The translations under genes and the position numbers were made by a program. This document shows positions 42,292 through 52,144 of a stretch of DNA of 57,084 nucleotides, one piece after another; position 1 is the first letter of the stretch; every line of letters begins with the position of its first letter. Origin of the DNA: Candidatus Levyibacteriota bacterium (GTDB lineage: Bacteria > Patescibacteriota > Microgenomatia > Levybacterales > UBA12049); assembly GCA_016186625.1 (NCBI GenBank), contig JACPLG010000013.1, forward strand, positions 1 through 57,084. The letters run 5' to 3'. The notes beneath the pieces were generated by a model, which made no database searches, was not told the origin of the DNA, and worked only from the letters and a program-made list of their open reading frames with translations.

Positions 42292-45183
42292 TCAGGAGCC
42301 GGATGGCCCCTGACAAAGCATTTTGTATTCACAATTGAGGCAAAGCACAGATCCTGAACATTTGAAATCACTTTTCTCAATTTCTGCGATTTTTTCTACG
42401 AGATCATCTTCCAGCCTGTCTAAATCGCTTTTTTTAAAGCTCATAGATTTTTTAGTGTTTCCATCTAGGAAATGAAGGGTAAGTATTATATCTTCTGGCT
42501 CTTTATTCAAAACTTCATCCCTGACTCTATTTGCCCCAAGAGCATAGATTGAAAGCTGAAGCTTATGAGCTTCCTGCGCTTTTGGATTGTCCTCTCCGGT
42601 TTTGTAATCAATAATTTCGATCCCTTTTGCGTTGGGATCAATTCTGTCAATTTCCCCAAAAACCTTTACACCGTTTTTCAGTGTAAAATTAAATGGGTAC
42701 TCAAGTTTTAAAGGAATTTTAGGTGGATTACATTCTGACTTGTGATAAGTCTTGAGAATGTTTATGGCTTGGGCAAATCTCTCTTCTTCATGTTTCTTAT
42801 TTTCATATCCTTCACTTTCCCATTCAATTTTTAGAATTTTCAGCAAGTCTGATTCTTTGAGCTTTTGCCCGTCCTGGATTTTTTTATAAAAATTTTGGAG
42901 GGTTTTATGAAGAGAAATTCCAAAACTTTGTACCGCAGTAGTTGGAGAAGGAAGACTAAATATTACTTTTGCTTTATAATGCATTGGACAAATGTCAAAC
43001 ATCTGCAGATTTGAGTATGTAATATAACTAACCTTGAAAGACTCCTTAACTTCCTCTATAGTTTCCTTGTCTTCATAAGAAGACAAAACTTGTTCAAGAG
43101 AGAGTTGCTTTACACCATTTTTTATCTTTTGTTGTGTCAACTGCGGGAGAGCCTCATATATGAAAGGCGAGAGCTTCTTGGGGCGTTTACCCGAGGCGTA
43201 AAACTGAGCAGCAGTAAAATATAATCTTTCTTTTGCTCTGGTCATCCCCACATAAAAAAGCCTTCGTTCTTCTTCCAAGTGAAAGTCAGAGTCTTTGAAT
43301 AGAGTTTCTTTGATTAGCTCTTGGGGCAGCGGAATCTTTTCTGCACGTTCTCGTGAAGGGAATCTATCAGGAACAAGATTGACTAAGAATACGACTTTAA
43401 ATTCAAGACCTTTACTTGAGTGAACTGTCAAAATATTTACGGCGTTTCTGTCTCTAATATCTACATCTGCTGCTGTTGGGCTGTCTCCCATTTGTATCAT
43501 AAGACTTAGCCATTCAGATAGGGTAAATATATTTGCATCCGTTCGTTCCATCTCAAAACTTTTAACTCTATCAAAAAATTTTGCAATATTTTGAACTCTG
43601 CGTTCATCTTTTACTGAATCAGTTTTGCCTAGAGTCTCATATAGTCCGGAGTCAACAAGAAAATCGTAAAGTATTTGTCCGGCTTGTTCTCTTCTACTTT
43701 TTTCAAGATGTTTCTCCACCATTTTCCTAAATTTTTCCAGCCTTTGCGAGGTCTGCGGTTTTAAAAACGTCTGGTTAACTTCATGAAGAGATTCAAAAAG
43801 AGTAATATTTTTTTTCTTGGCAAAATTTAGAAGATAATTTAATTCGATTTGAGGGATTTGAAAAATATCCATGGAAAGAACTCTAAATAAAGAAACAGAA
43901 TCCATAAGATTGGTAAGAAAAGTTAAATAAGCAATTAAGTCTTTTACCTCCTCTTGTTGGAATAAATAACCGGGCCCCAAGAATTGGTAAGGGATTCTAT
44001 TTCTCTGAAGAGCTGCGGTAATAAGTTGTGAGTGATTGTTAGCCCGTACTAAAATTGCAATATCTTTGTATTCATAATCTTTGCTAAGATTTTGTATTGT
44101 TTTGGCAATCTCTTCTGCCTCGTCTTCACTTCTTTCTTGATAAATTAGCTCTATTTTTTTATCAGTTTCCCTTAACTGACTTTCAAGTTTTTTATTAATA
44201 TTTTCAACGACCTCGAGCCTATTGGGATTGTTATTCTGAATGAGCCTGTATGAAGAGTCAAGAATGATTTGGGTTGATCTATAGTTTTTTGTAAGCGCTA
44301 TGATAGTTGCATTAGGAAAATTTTTTTTAAATTGGAGTACGTTTGATACCGCTGCACCACGAAACCTGTAAATTGACTGATCATCATCAGCAACAACAGT
44401 TATGTTTTTGTCTTCCCCCGCCAAAAGTATCGCCAGTTCGTTCTGTGCATAATTCGTATCCTGGAATTCATCAACTAATATAAATTTAAATTGGCTTTGA
44501 TATTTCTTTAAAATATTTTTCCTTGTTCGGAAAAGTTTCAAAGTATTTGAAATTAAATCCGAAAAATCCATCAAGCTGTTTTTAACCTTTAGTTCTTCGT
44601 ATTTTTGGTAAGCGTTAGCTAACTCCTTTGTTTGTGCGATTTCCCCTGGGGTAATTTCGAATTTCGAATTTCGAATTTCGAATTTTCGAGAATACTTCAA
44701 GTATTCTTCGGGAGAAATATCTTCATCTTTGAGTCTTGAGAAATGAGTTAGAAGGGCATTAAGAAATTTTGTTGGATTTCCAAGAGGTCTAAAAATCTTA
44801 AGCCCTAAATTAAAAATATTTTGCCGCATTAGAAAAACAGATTCAGATTCTGAGATTAATTTATAGTTTGGATCAAGCCCTATGTTATGTACCTCATCTC
44901 TAAGAATTCTGTCGCAAAAAGCATGAAACGTATGAATCCAAAGATTTGTATAACCATAAGGAAGAAGGACATCAACTCTTTCCTGCATCTCATACGAAGC
45001 TTTATCTGTGAAAGTTAAAGCCAAGATACTTTCCGGAGGAATATTTTTTTCAACTATTAAATGTTTAATCCTCTGCGTAATAACAGTGGTTTTACCGGTT
45101 CCCGCACCTGCGATTATAAGGAGCGGTCCACTCCCATGTTGTACTGCTCGAAGTTGCTCCTTATTGAGTTTTTTATCTGCCAT
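42292..45183 (-). CDS. UvrD/PcrA-type helicase fused to a C-terminal PD-(D/E)XK (Cas4/AddB-like) nuclease with Cys cluster
   Basis: LLIIAGAGTGKTTVI, FILVDEFQDTN and VHSSKGLEF...VGMTRAK are helicase motifs. The C-terminus carries CPMHY...EIDRID...IIDYKTG...CLNCEYKMLC (C-x2-C-x5-C). The start was set at MADKKLN. Confidence 0.85.
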   Translation of the reverse strand: MADKKLNKEQLRAVQHGSGPLLIIAGAGTGKTTVITQRIKHLIVEKNIPPESILALTFTDKASYEMQERVDVLLPYGYTNLWIHTFHAFCDRILRDEVHNIGLDPNYKLISESESVFLMRQNIFNLGLKIFRPLGNPTKFLNALLTHFSRLKDEDISPEEYLKYSRKFEIRNSKFEITPGEIAQTKELANAYQKYEELKVKNSLMDFSDLISNTLKLFRTRKNILKKYQSQFKFILVDEFQDTNYAQNELAILLAGEDKNITVVADDDQSIYRFRGAAVSNVLQFKKNFPNATIIALTKNYRSTQIILDSSYRLIQNNNPNRLEVVENINKKLESQLRETDKKIELIYQERSEDEAEEIAKTIQNLSKDYEYKDIAILVRANNHSQLITAALQRNRIPYQFLGPGYLFQQEEVKDLIAYLTFLTNLMDSVSLFRVLSMDIFQIPQIELNYLLNFAKKKNITLFESLHEVNQTFLKPQTSQRLEKFRKMVEKHLEKSRREQAGQILYDFLVDSGLYETLGKTDSVKDERRVQNIAKFFDRVKSFEMERTDANIFTLSEWLSLMIQMGDSPTAADVDIRDRNAVNILTVHSSKGLEFKVVFLVNLVPDRFPSRERAEKIPLPQELIKETLFKDSDFHLEEERRLFYVGMTRAKERLYFTAAQFYASGKRPKKLSPFIYEALPQLTQQKIKNGVKQLSLEQVLSSYEDKETIEEVKESFKVSYITYSNLQMFDICPMHYKAKVIFSLPSPTTAVQSFGISLHKTLQNFYKKIQDGQKLKESDLLKILKIEWESEGYENKKHEEERFAQAINILKTYHKSECNPPKIPLKLEYPFNFTLKNGVKVFGEIDRIDPNAKGIEIIDYKTGEDNPKAQEAHKLQLSIYALGANRVRDEVLNKEPEDIILTLHFLDGNTKKSMSFKKSDLDRLEDDLVEKIAEIEKSDFKCSGSVLCLNCEYKMLCQGPSGS
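44654..44689. repeat. heptanucleotide microsatellite (ATTTCGA)x4 plus a degenerate unit inside helicase CDS
   Basis: ATTTCGAATTTCGAATTTCGAATTTCGAATTTTCGA encodes KFEIRNSKFEI on the minus strand. Confidence 0.9.
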
Positions 45184-45254
45184 TATATTGAAAAGACTTA
45201 AGAGGTGATTATTAACTCTAGCACAACTTATTGCTATAATCAACGAACGTGCAG

Positions 45255-46016
45255 ATGAAAAAAGTTGAAAAATTTGAGTTGGAATTTTTGAAAAAAGAGA
45301 AGATGGCAAGAAATACTTATTCTTTTTATTTTGACCGCGTCCACGTCAAACGTGGCTTAGGCAAACGAGGTTTTGCAGGATATTTTAATTTTAAACCAGG
45401 ACAATATATAAAAATTTATTTGCCAATTTCAAATCCGGATGAAAGGGGAACTTCTCGTTATTTTACAATTTCCTCAAGTCCCACAGATAAAGATTTCTTA
45501 ACCATTACAACCAGAATAATAAGAAGTTCTTTTAAATTAACATTAAATTCCCTTCGGCCGGGGCAAAAGATAAGTGCATTTGGTCCCTTAGGTTATTTTG
45601 ATTTTGATCCGAAAAGTAAAAAACAAAAAGTGTTTTTAGCCGGGGGAATAGGAATAACACCGTTCCACTCTATCCTGCGATATATTGATCATAAAAAATT
45701 GGACTTGCCTATTGTTCTATTTGTTTCATTTCCTTTTAAAGAGGAGGCAATCTTTTTTGACGAATTAAAAAAAATAGAATCCGAAAAACCAAATATAAAA
45801 ACAGTTTACACATTGACAAAAGAGGAAAATTATTATCCAGAATTTGAGAAAGGAAGGATGGGTTCGAATATGATCAAAAAATATGTCCAAAATTATAAAA
45901 ATAGTGAATTTTTTGTTGTGGGGCCTGAGGCTTTTGAAAGTTCAATGCTTGGAATTCTTAATAAAATGGGAATTTTGAAAAATCAAATTTTCAATGAAAA
46001 CTTCCCCGGATACTAA
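45255..46016 (+). CDS. ferredoxin-NADP reductase-like FAD/NAD(P)-binding oxidoreductase
   Basis: RYFTISSSP (the RxYS FAD motif) and LAGGIGITPFHSILRYI are present. A TGCTATAAT promoter lies upstream. Confidence 0.75.
   Translation: MKKVEKFELEFLKKEKMARNTYSFYFDRVHVKRGLGKRGFAGYFNFKPGQYIKIYLPISNPDERGTSRYFTISSSPTDKDFLTITTRIIRSSFKLTLNSLRPGQKISAFGPLGYFDFDPKSKKQKVFLAGGIGITPFHSILRYIDHKKLDLPIVLFVSFPFKEEAIFFDELKKIESEKPNIKTVYTLTKEENYYPEFEKGRMGSNMIKKYVQNYKNSEFFVVGPEAFESSMLGILNKMGILKNQIFNENFPGY
45340..45362 (+). repeat. CCACGTCAAACGTGG hairpin element inside FNR-like CDS
   Basis: TCCACGTCAAACGTGGCTTAGGC encodes VHVKRGLG. Confidence 0.75.
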
Positions 46017-46996
46017 CCGTTAATTTCTTTTATTACCTCTTTCTCAAGTTCCTTAGTTGTATTTAGTTTGTCACCAATTTTTCTAAATAGGGAATTGGTA
46101 TTTCCAAACTGAGTTGATGCATTATTCAAGTGTTTGCCTAGAACCGAAAGACTGTCATCTACTTTTCCATAGTCCACTTTCAGCGCCCGAAGCATAGCAA
46201 AAACCTCTCGGGATTTTGTTTCAATTTTTTTACCCTCATATGACAGAAGTATCATCTGCAAATGAGCATAAAGAGTAGTTGGGGAAACTATGTAAACTCT
46301 GACTTTCCTTGCGTAATCCATTATTTCTGGAGTGTTTGCGACTTCGTAATAAACAGTTTCACTTGGAACATACATGAGGCAAAAATCCATAGTGCCTTCC
46401 TCAGGTAAAATATATTTTTTTGCTATATCATCAATATGTTTTTTTACGTCGCGGACAAATTCTTTCTTAAATATTTTCCTATCTTTTTCAACTTTGCTCT
46501 TTATCATTTTTTGAAAATTCTCCATTGGAAATTTGGAATCAATTGGAAGAATTCCCGCATCAGTTTTTATTGCCGCGTCAACCTTTTCTCCGGATGAGAA
46601 TTGGTATTGCAAATGAAAGCTATTTTTCGGAAACATCTGAGAAATCAAATCTTTCAAAACTTCTTCTCCAATATTACCTCGCAGTTTTGGACTCTTTAGA
46701 AATTCCTGTAATTCTCTCATATTTCTTCCAATTTCAGACATTTCCCCAATTCCTTTATTAACATCTCTTATTGCAATTGCCGCTCTATCTAGCCGATCAT
46801 TAAGTTGTCTTGAGTTTTCCTGAAGCGTTTTTACGATACTTGAGTTAGTATCAGTCATGGAGTTTTGCATGCTTTTTAACCATTCAATTAGCGTTTTATC
46901 TAACTCTTGCGAAGATTGTTTTTTGCTAAGAAGGAAATATAGAACAGTAAAACCAATAATAAGTGAGGCTAAAATTAAGAGCAGGTCATTTTGCAT
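46013..46996 (-). CDS. rmuC: DNA recombination protein RmuC
   Basis: An N-terminal TM segment, a coiled coil, and GEKVDAAIK...LPIDSKFPMENF...CLMYVPSE are present. Confidence 0.8.
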   Translation of the reverse strand: MQNDLLLILASLIIGFTVLYFLLSKKQSSQELDKTLIEWLKSMQNSMTDTNSSIVKTLQENSRQLNDRLDRAAIAIRDVNKGIGEMSEIGRNMRELQEFLKSPKLRGNIGEEVLKDLISQMFPKNSFHLQYQFSSGEKVDAAIKTDAGILPIDSKFPMENFQKMIKSKVEKDRKIFKKEFVRDVKKHIDDIAKKYILPEEGTMDFCLMYVPSETVYYEVANTPEIMDYARKVRVYIVSPTTLYAHLQMILLSYEGKKIETKSREVFAMLRALKVDYGKVDDSLSVLGKHLNNASTQFGNTNSLFRKIGDKLNTTKELEKEVIKEING

Positions 46997-47028
46997 CCCC
47001 CTATTTTAGCATTATGAAGCAAATTAGA

Positions 47029-48093
47029 CTAATTGAAGTAAAGACTGGGGTTGGCATCGAGTTTTTGCCAAGACACAGTTTGGTAATTAAAAAAAGCCGT
47101 GGCTGCGATCATAGCGGCGTTGTCTGTACAAAGATTTTTGGGAGGAACAAAAATCTTAGCTCCTAGCTTCTGGCTCCTAGCTTCTAGCTCAAACTGCTCA
47201 CGCAGTTTATTATTTGCAGCGACTCCGCCACCTAGAAGCAATGATTTTGCTCCAAACTGTTTAGCCGCAGTCAATGTCTTCTTAACAAGAACGTCAATAA
47301 TTGCTTTTTGGACAGAAGCAGAAAGATCGCAAATAGTTGAATAGCTTAATGGCTGCATAGTTTGGGTTTCGCGAAAAACTGCGGTTTTGAGTCCAGAGAA
47401 ACTGAAGTCGAAATCATGAGAATCAATTAAAGGGCTTGGGAACGTAAAGCGACTGGCGTCGCCACGCTGCGAAGCCTGTTCGATATGAGGCCCACCTGGG
47501 TAGGGCAAACCAAGCAGTCTCCCTATTTTATCTAGCGATTCTCCTGCGGCGTCATCACGGGTTCCACCAAGCCACTCTATACTGCCGTGATTTTTAATTA
47601 AAATTAAATCAGTATGACCACCGGAAACTATTAATGCTATCAAAGGGAATGCCGGAGGACGGAAGGCGGACGACGGATGACGGATTGCAGATTGAACAGA
47701 TTCAACAGATGCTGTGATTTCTGTTTTTCCGCTGTCTGTTCTCAGTCCTCTGTTGTCTGTCATCTGGATGAAGTTGGCGTATATGTGGCCAAGCAAATGA
47801 TTGGTTGGAATAAGAGGTTTGTTCCATACATAAGAAAGCGCCTTAGCGGTTTCGACTCCAATTAATAGAGAACCAATAAGTCCAGGACCATATGTGACTG
47901 CAATTGCATCAATGTCTTTTATTCCTGTTTTAGATTTTCCTAATGCATCTTTAATTACTGGAATTATAAATTTAATTTGTTCTCTTGCAGCGTTTTCAGG
48001 AATAATACCTCCGGTTTTTTAGCCTTTCGTTTCTCCTTTAATAACGGCAGCGCTCGTCTCATCGCAGCTGGTTTCAATGCCTAGGATTAGCAT
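47029..48093 (-). pseudogene. tsaD: tRNA N6-adenosine threonylcarbamoyltransferase TsaD with in-frame TAA at codon 25, a ~15-aa gap and a ~30-aa insert
   Basis: [37 protein letters not shown]...GPGLIGSLLIGV...LIALIVSGGHT...DDAAGESLDK...FSFSGLKT...GGGVAANNKLR...CTDNAAMIA is present. The stop is at 48019-48021. Confidence 0.85.
47650..47763. repeat. word-palindrome insert inside tsaD
   Basis: GACGACGGATGACGGATTGCAGATTGAACAG...CTGTCTGTTCTCAGTCCTCTGTTGTCTGTCATC shares the words CTGTTCTCAGT and TCTGTTGTC with spacer 3067-3196. Confidence 0.75.
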
Positions 48094-48096
48094 AAA

Positions 48097-48573
48097 TTAG
48101 AGGTTTTCTATTTTAATTGTTGTTCCTTTTTTTATATTATATTTTTTTGCAAGTCCTGCGCTAATTTCTAGGACTTTGTCGGACTGATCTTCTGGTTGAT
48201 AAACTTCAAGAACACCATCCCCATTTACTGGGGGCTTGGCATTGTCAATTACCGTCACAATTTTGTCTCCATTAATATAAATAATGTCTATTGGGAATTT
48301 CATATCTTTCATCCAAAAAGAATAATAATCCGGCTCATCAAAAATAAATAACATTCCTTGATTTTCATTAATCTCAGTAGTTTTAGAGAGGCCAATTTGC
48401 TTTTCTTTTTCCGTTTTTGCAACTGAAACACTAAATGATTGATCATTAACTAAAACTTTTGTTGTTTGTTTGCTAAGGATAAATAATACTAGAAGAATTC
48501 CAAGAAAGCCAACAACAATTCCTCCAACTAGAAGCCTTATGTTGTTTTTTACCAGATTTATAAAATTTTGCAT
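48097..48573 (-). CDS. DUF192 domain protein with N-terminal TM
   Basis: GLSKTTEINENQGMLFIF...FWMKDMKFPIDIIYIN is present. Confidence 0.75.
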   Translation of the reverse strand: MQNFINLVKNNIRLLVGGIVVGFLGILLVLFILSKQTTKVLVNDQSFSVSVAKTEKEKQIGLSKTTEINENQGMLFIFDEPDYYSFWMKDMKFPIDIIYINGDKIVTVIDNAKPPVNGDGVLEVYQPEDQSDKVLEISAGLAKKYNIKKGTTIKIENL

Positions 48574-48575
48574 TT

Positions 48576-49055
48576 TTAATTCTTTGTTTTGCTAATGAGG
48601 GCAGTTGTTGATTTGTTTTCGACCCTTTTTATTACCAGTTTTAATTTCGCGCCAACAAGCTCACATTGTTTCCTTCTTTTGCTAATCTGCGGATCACCTT
48701 GGGTGAGTGCGACTATATCTGGTCGAATTTTGACCATAAGTCTATCATATTCTTTATCTTTTGTCACGCCTGTGAGAGGAATTACAAAATCTACTACTTC
48801 AATTGATGAAAGGACAGCAGACCTATCTTTTATTGAATTAACAGGTCTTCCTGCCCCCTTTTTTTTACTGATATTTTCATCACTTTCTAATAGGACAAAC
48901 AATTTATCCCCTTGTTTTTTTGCGGCTTCTAAGAAGAGAATATGGCCTTTGTGCAAAATATCAAAACAACCACCCGCCAGAACGATACTTTTAGCTTCTT
49001 GTTTAAATCGCGTGCTTAGTTTGATGGCTCGACTAATAGTTAAGACTTTGTTCAC
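48576..49055 (-). CDS. cytidylyltransferase-family nucleotidyltransferase (RfaE domain II / TagD-like)
   Basis: VLAGGCFDILHKGHILFLEAAK carries the HxGH motif, with a GTG start. Confidence 0.75.
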   Translation of the reverse strand: MNKVLTISRAIKLSTRFKQEAKSIVLAGGCFDILHKGHILFLEAAKKQGDKLFVLLESDENISKKKGAGRPVNSIKDRSAVLSSIEVVDFVIPLTGVTKDKEYDRLMVKIRPDIVALTQGDPQISKRRKQCELVGAKLKLVIKRVENKSTTALISKTKN

Positions 49056-49056
49056 A

Positions 49057-49154
49057 AATTCTAATTTCTAAATCCTAATTTCTAAACAAATCCCAATTAA
49101 AAAATGACAAAAAATTTTAGGGCAATTAGAGCAATTAGGTTAATTAGGTCAATT
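49057..49154 (-). repeat. CCTAATT/TAGAAAT word palindrome, copy 2 (inverted)
   Basis: It fills the whole spacer. The reverse complement aligns with 33809-33901. Confidence 0.8.
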
Positions 49155-49155
49155 T

Positions 49156-50580
49156 TTATTCTTTGGTTCCCCGAAGGAACACCGCCTGCCAGGGTCTAAA
49201 GTTTGAATTAAAAGTTTCTGATATTAATACCTCTCCGTTTTTTGTTACTTTTCTTGTAAAATAAACTTTTGCTCCTGCTGCTGCAAAATCTACTTGTTTA
49301 ATTTCTCCTTTTGGAAGCGTTGGGTCATCTTCATATTTGGGCTCAGGTGCAGGAGTCTGACTTGTGATAACAGGAGTTCCTATTTCTGTTATTCTTCCAT
49401 CCTTTGTTCCATATAAATTAAATGTAAGCCTTAGCGCTCTGGGGTCAACTAAAGCTTGAATTAAAATATGATGACCAGTATCATTTCTGAATTTAAGGTC
49501 AACTGATGGAACATAAACTGTGGCATCTAGCCCGGGTAAAGAATCCTGTTCGTAATAGCTAACTCTATAAGCATGTGCTGTTCTCTCTTCAATCGGAAGC
49601 CCTGAATTAAGCGCAGCTCTAAAAAGAGTCGTAGAAACCTGACAGACACCCCCGCCATCACCCAGTATTGTTTTTCCTCCTGATATAATAAACGCCTGTT
49701 TATAGCCAGTATAGGCTGAGATATCTCCAATTGCCTCTGCAAATGAAAAAGTCTCTCCGGGGGCTACTAATATTCCATTAAGACGCGATGCCGCAAGATT
49801 TATGTTATAAATTCTACTCTCAATTGAGTGAGCAAATAGTGATGTTCCAGATCCTATAAGTTCTCTTATGCCCATCTTATTAACCTTATCCGTAGTAAGA
49901 TTTGGTTCTATAATTTTTATGGGGATGGGGATTATAACAATCTTTTGGGAAGTATAGTTAAGGATTAGTCTTGCTTTGGAGAGAATTTGCTGACCAAGTT
50001 CATTTTTGTCTATTTCACGACCATCCTCTGAGGGCTTAAATTCTGTCACTCTGCCATTTTCAAAAGTAAATACTGCCTCAACCGGCTTCTTATCGATAAA
50101 GTCAATAAGGGTATTTAACTCTGAGTATAATTTTTCCTCCGAGAGCTTATAGGACGGAGATAAATCGAGTCCTGATGTATAAGCTTGAATTATTAAGCTT
50201 AAGTTAGTAATGGGATCATTTGTTCTCCCAATACTAAGAGCTTGGTACGTCAAAAGATTTTCATCATAACCAAAATCGATTTCTTTGGCAGAAATAGTTG
50301 CCACTTTTTCCTCAAAGTTAAAAGCAAATGCAGCATCAGAAGCTTGTGCATTTTTTTCTAAAAAATAATCTTTTACCTCTTGTTCTGTCTTTCCTCCAAA
50401 GTCAATTCCATTTATCTTAATTCCAGGATAAATTTTTCCTTCATGTAGTCTCTGAAATGTAATATAAGAAAATCCAAGTATTAGGAATAATGAAATTAAT
50501 GCACCAGCGCAGAACCAAAATGTAATACTACTTGCTTGTTTTAAGTGCCTTTTTTTAAATTTGGGAAAAGAAAATTTCAT
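49156..50580 (-). CDS. VanW family protein with N-terminal TM
   Basis: GGGVCQVSTTLFRAALNSGLPIEERTAHAYRVSYYE is present. Confidence 0.85.
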   Translation of the reverse strand: MKFSFPKFKKRHLKQASSITFWFCAGALISLFLILGFSYITFQRLHEGKIYPGIKINGIDFGGKTEQEVKDYFLEKNAQASDAAFAFNFEEKVATISAKEIDFGYDENLLTYQALSIGRTNDPITNLSLIIQAYTSGLDLSPSYKLSEEKLYSELNTLIDFIDKKPVEAVFTFENGRVTEFKPSEDGREIDKNELGQQILSKARLILNYTSQKIVIIPIPIKIIEPNLTTDKVNKMGIRELIGSGTSLFAHSIESRIYNINLAASRLNGILVAPGETFSFAEAIGDISAYTGYKQAFIISGGKTILGDGGGVCQVSTTLFRAALNSGLPIEERTAHAYRVSYYEQDSLPGLDATVYVPSVDLKFRNDTGHHILIQALVDPRALRLTFNLYGTKDGRITEIGTPVITSQTPAPEPKYEDDPTLPKGEIKQVDFAAAGAKVYFTRKVTKNGEVLISETFNSNFRPWQAVFLRGTKE

Positions 50581-50614
50581 TGCCGCGAAGTATCTGATAT
50601 TATACTATATAAAC

Positions 50615-52018
50615 ATGGCGGAAGAAACGATTTTTCAGGGACAAAATTCTGCAATTCAAAACGGAAATGATGCAAACCAAAAATTATCTTCCAGATCACC
50701 GGTTAAGCGTCTGATTATACTTGGATTTATTCTTTTAATAATTCCAATAATTTTATTTGTAATTCTGAATATAATTTTTCCTCAATTTAATAGTGCATCG
50801 GATAAGGAAACAACTCTTATTTATTGGGGCATTAGAGAAGAGGAGAGTACAATTGACTCAATCATCTCAGACTTTGAGAAAGAAAACCCCAATATAAATG
50901 TCACCTATCTCAAACAAGACCCTATTGACTATAGAGAAAAATTGACAACCAGGATTGAGAATGGAACAGGTCCGGATATTTTTAAATTTCATAACAGTTG
51001 GTATCCAATGTTTTCGGGGCAGTTACTTCCGCTTCCCCAAGAGACAATTGAGAAAAAAGAATTTGCGCAGAATTTTTATGATATTGCGCAAAGAGATTTG
51101 ATAAGAAACGGAGCAATTTATGGGATTCCTATGGAAATGGATACCTTGGCTCTTTTTATTAATACCCAAATTTTTGAAGAAGCTTCGCGTGAACAAAATA
51201 CAACTATTTCTCCCCCAGCAACTTGGCAAGAATTTATTGATGTCTCCATGAAACTTACAAAAAGAGATGAGAGTGGAAAAATTGTTATAGCGGGGGCTAG
51301 CATAGGCACTTTTGAAAATATTACTCATGCGCCTGATATTATTTCTCTTCTTTTTGCTCAAAACGGAGTAGACCCTAATGATCTTTTGGGTTCAGAAGAC
51401 AAGGCTTCTGATGCCCTTCGTTTTTACACAAATTTTGCGCTTATTGAAACTAGTGTTTGGGACTTAACTCTTGACCCTTCAATAACTTTATTTTATCAGG
51501 GAAAGCTGGCAATGTTCTTTGGATACTTTGGGGATTACTTTGAAATTAAAAAGGCAAACCCAAATCTAGTTTTTAAGATAGTCCCTGTGCCGCAGCTTCT
51601 ATCTGGTAAAAAGGTCAATATTGCTAGTTACTGGGCTGATGGGGTATCAACAAGTAGTAAAAATCAAAAAGAGGCATTACTATTTATGAAATTTTTAGCA
51701 AGGCCGGAAACTGCCCAAAAACTTTATCAGGAACAATCAAAGGTAAAATCTCTTGGACAGCCTTACGGCAATAAAAATTTAGCAGAAGATTTAAAGGGAA
51801 GTGATGCATATATCTTTGTTGATCAGGCAAAAACAGCTGTTTCTTCCCCATTTATAGGCGGCACTTTCGATAATGGTTTAAACGAATCATTAAATTCGAT
51901 ACTTGGGGTAGCAATAGAGCATATTTTAAGCGGTGGAGATGTAGGGTCCGCAACACGTAATCTACTTGAGGGTTATCAAGTGGTAATAAGCGAACACACT
52001 TCAATTCCCGAAGAATAA
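50615..52018 (+). CDS. ABC-transporter extracellular solute-binding protein (family 1), TM-anchored
   Basis: An N-terminal TM segment, then TLIYWGIREE...NPNINVTY...GTGPDIF...YGIPMEMDTLALFIN, are present. Confidence 0.75.
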   Translation: MAEETIFQGQNSAIQNGNDANQKLSSRSPVKRLIILGFILLIIPIILFVILNIIFPQFNSASDKETTLIYWGIREEESTIDSIISDFEKENPNINVTYLKQDPIDYREKLTTRIENGTGPDIFKFHNSWYPMFSGQLLPLPQETIEKKEFAQNFYDIAQRDLIRNGAIYGIPMEMDTLALFINTQIFEEASREQNTTISPPATWQEFIDVSMKLTKRDESGKIVIAGASIGTFENITHAPDIISLLFAQNGVDPNDLLGSEDKASDALRFYTNFALIETSVWDLTLDPSITLFYQGKLAMFFGYFGDYFEIKKANPNLVFKIVPVPQLLSGKKVNIASYWADGVSTSSKNQKEALLFMKFLARPETAQKLYQEQSKVKSLGQPYGNKNLAEDLKGSDAYIFVDQAKTAVSSPFIGGTFDNGLNESLNSILGVAIEHILSGGDVGSATRNLLEGYQVVISEHTSIPEE

Positions 52019-52064
52019 CACGCTTTTTTGAGGCTAGTAAGGCCCTTTTTACTACTCTAGGGCA

Positions 52065-52093
52065 TTGACAAAGAAAAGCTTTTAGTTTATCAT
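52065..52093 (+). promoter_or_regulatory. promoter upstream of greA
   Basis: The sequence reads TTGACA-N17-TATCAT. Confidence 0.6.
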
Positions 52094-52144
52094 CGTCCAG
52101 ACATTATTTCCCTCACTAAATTACTGGAGGGATTTATCGTATAT

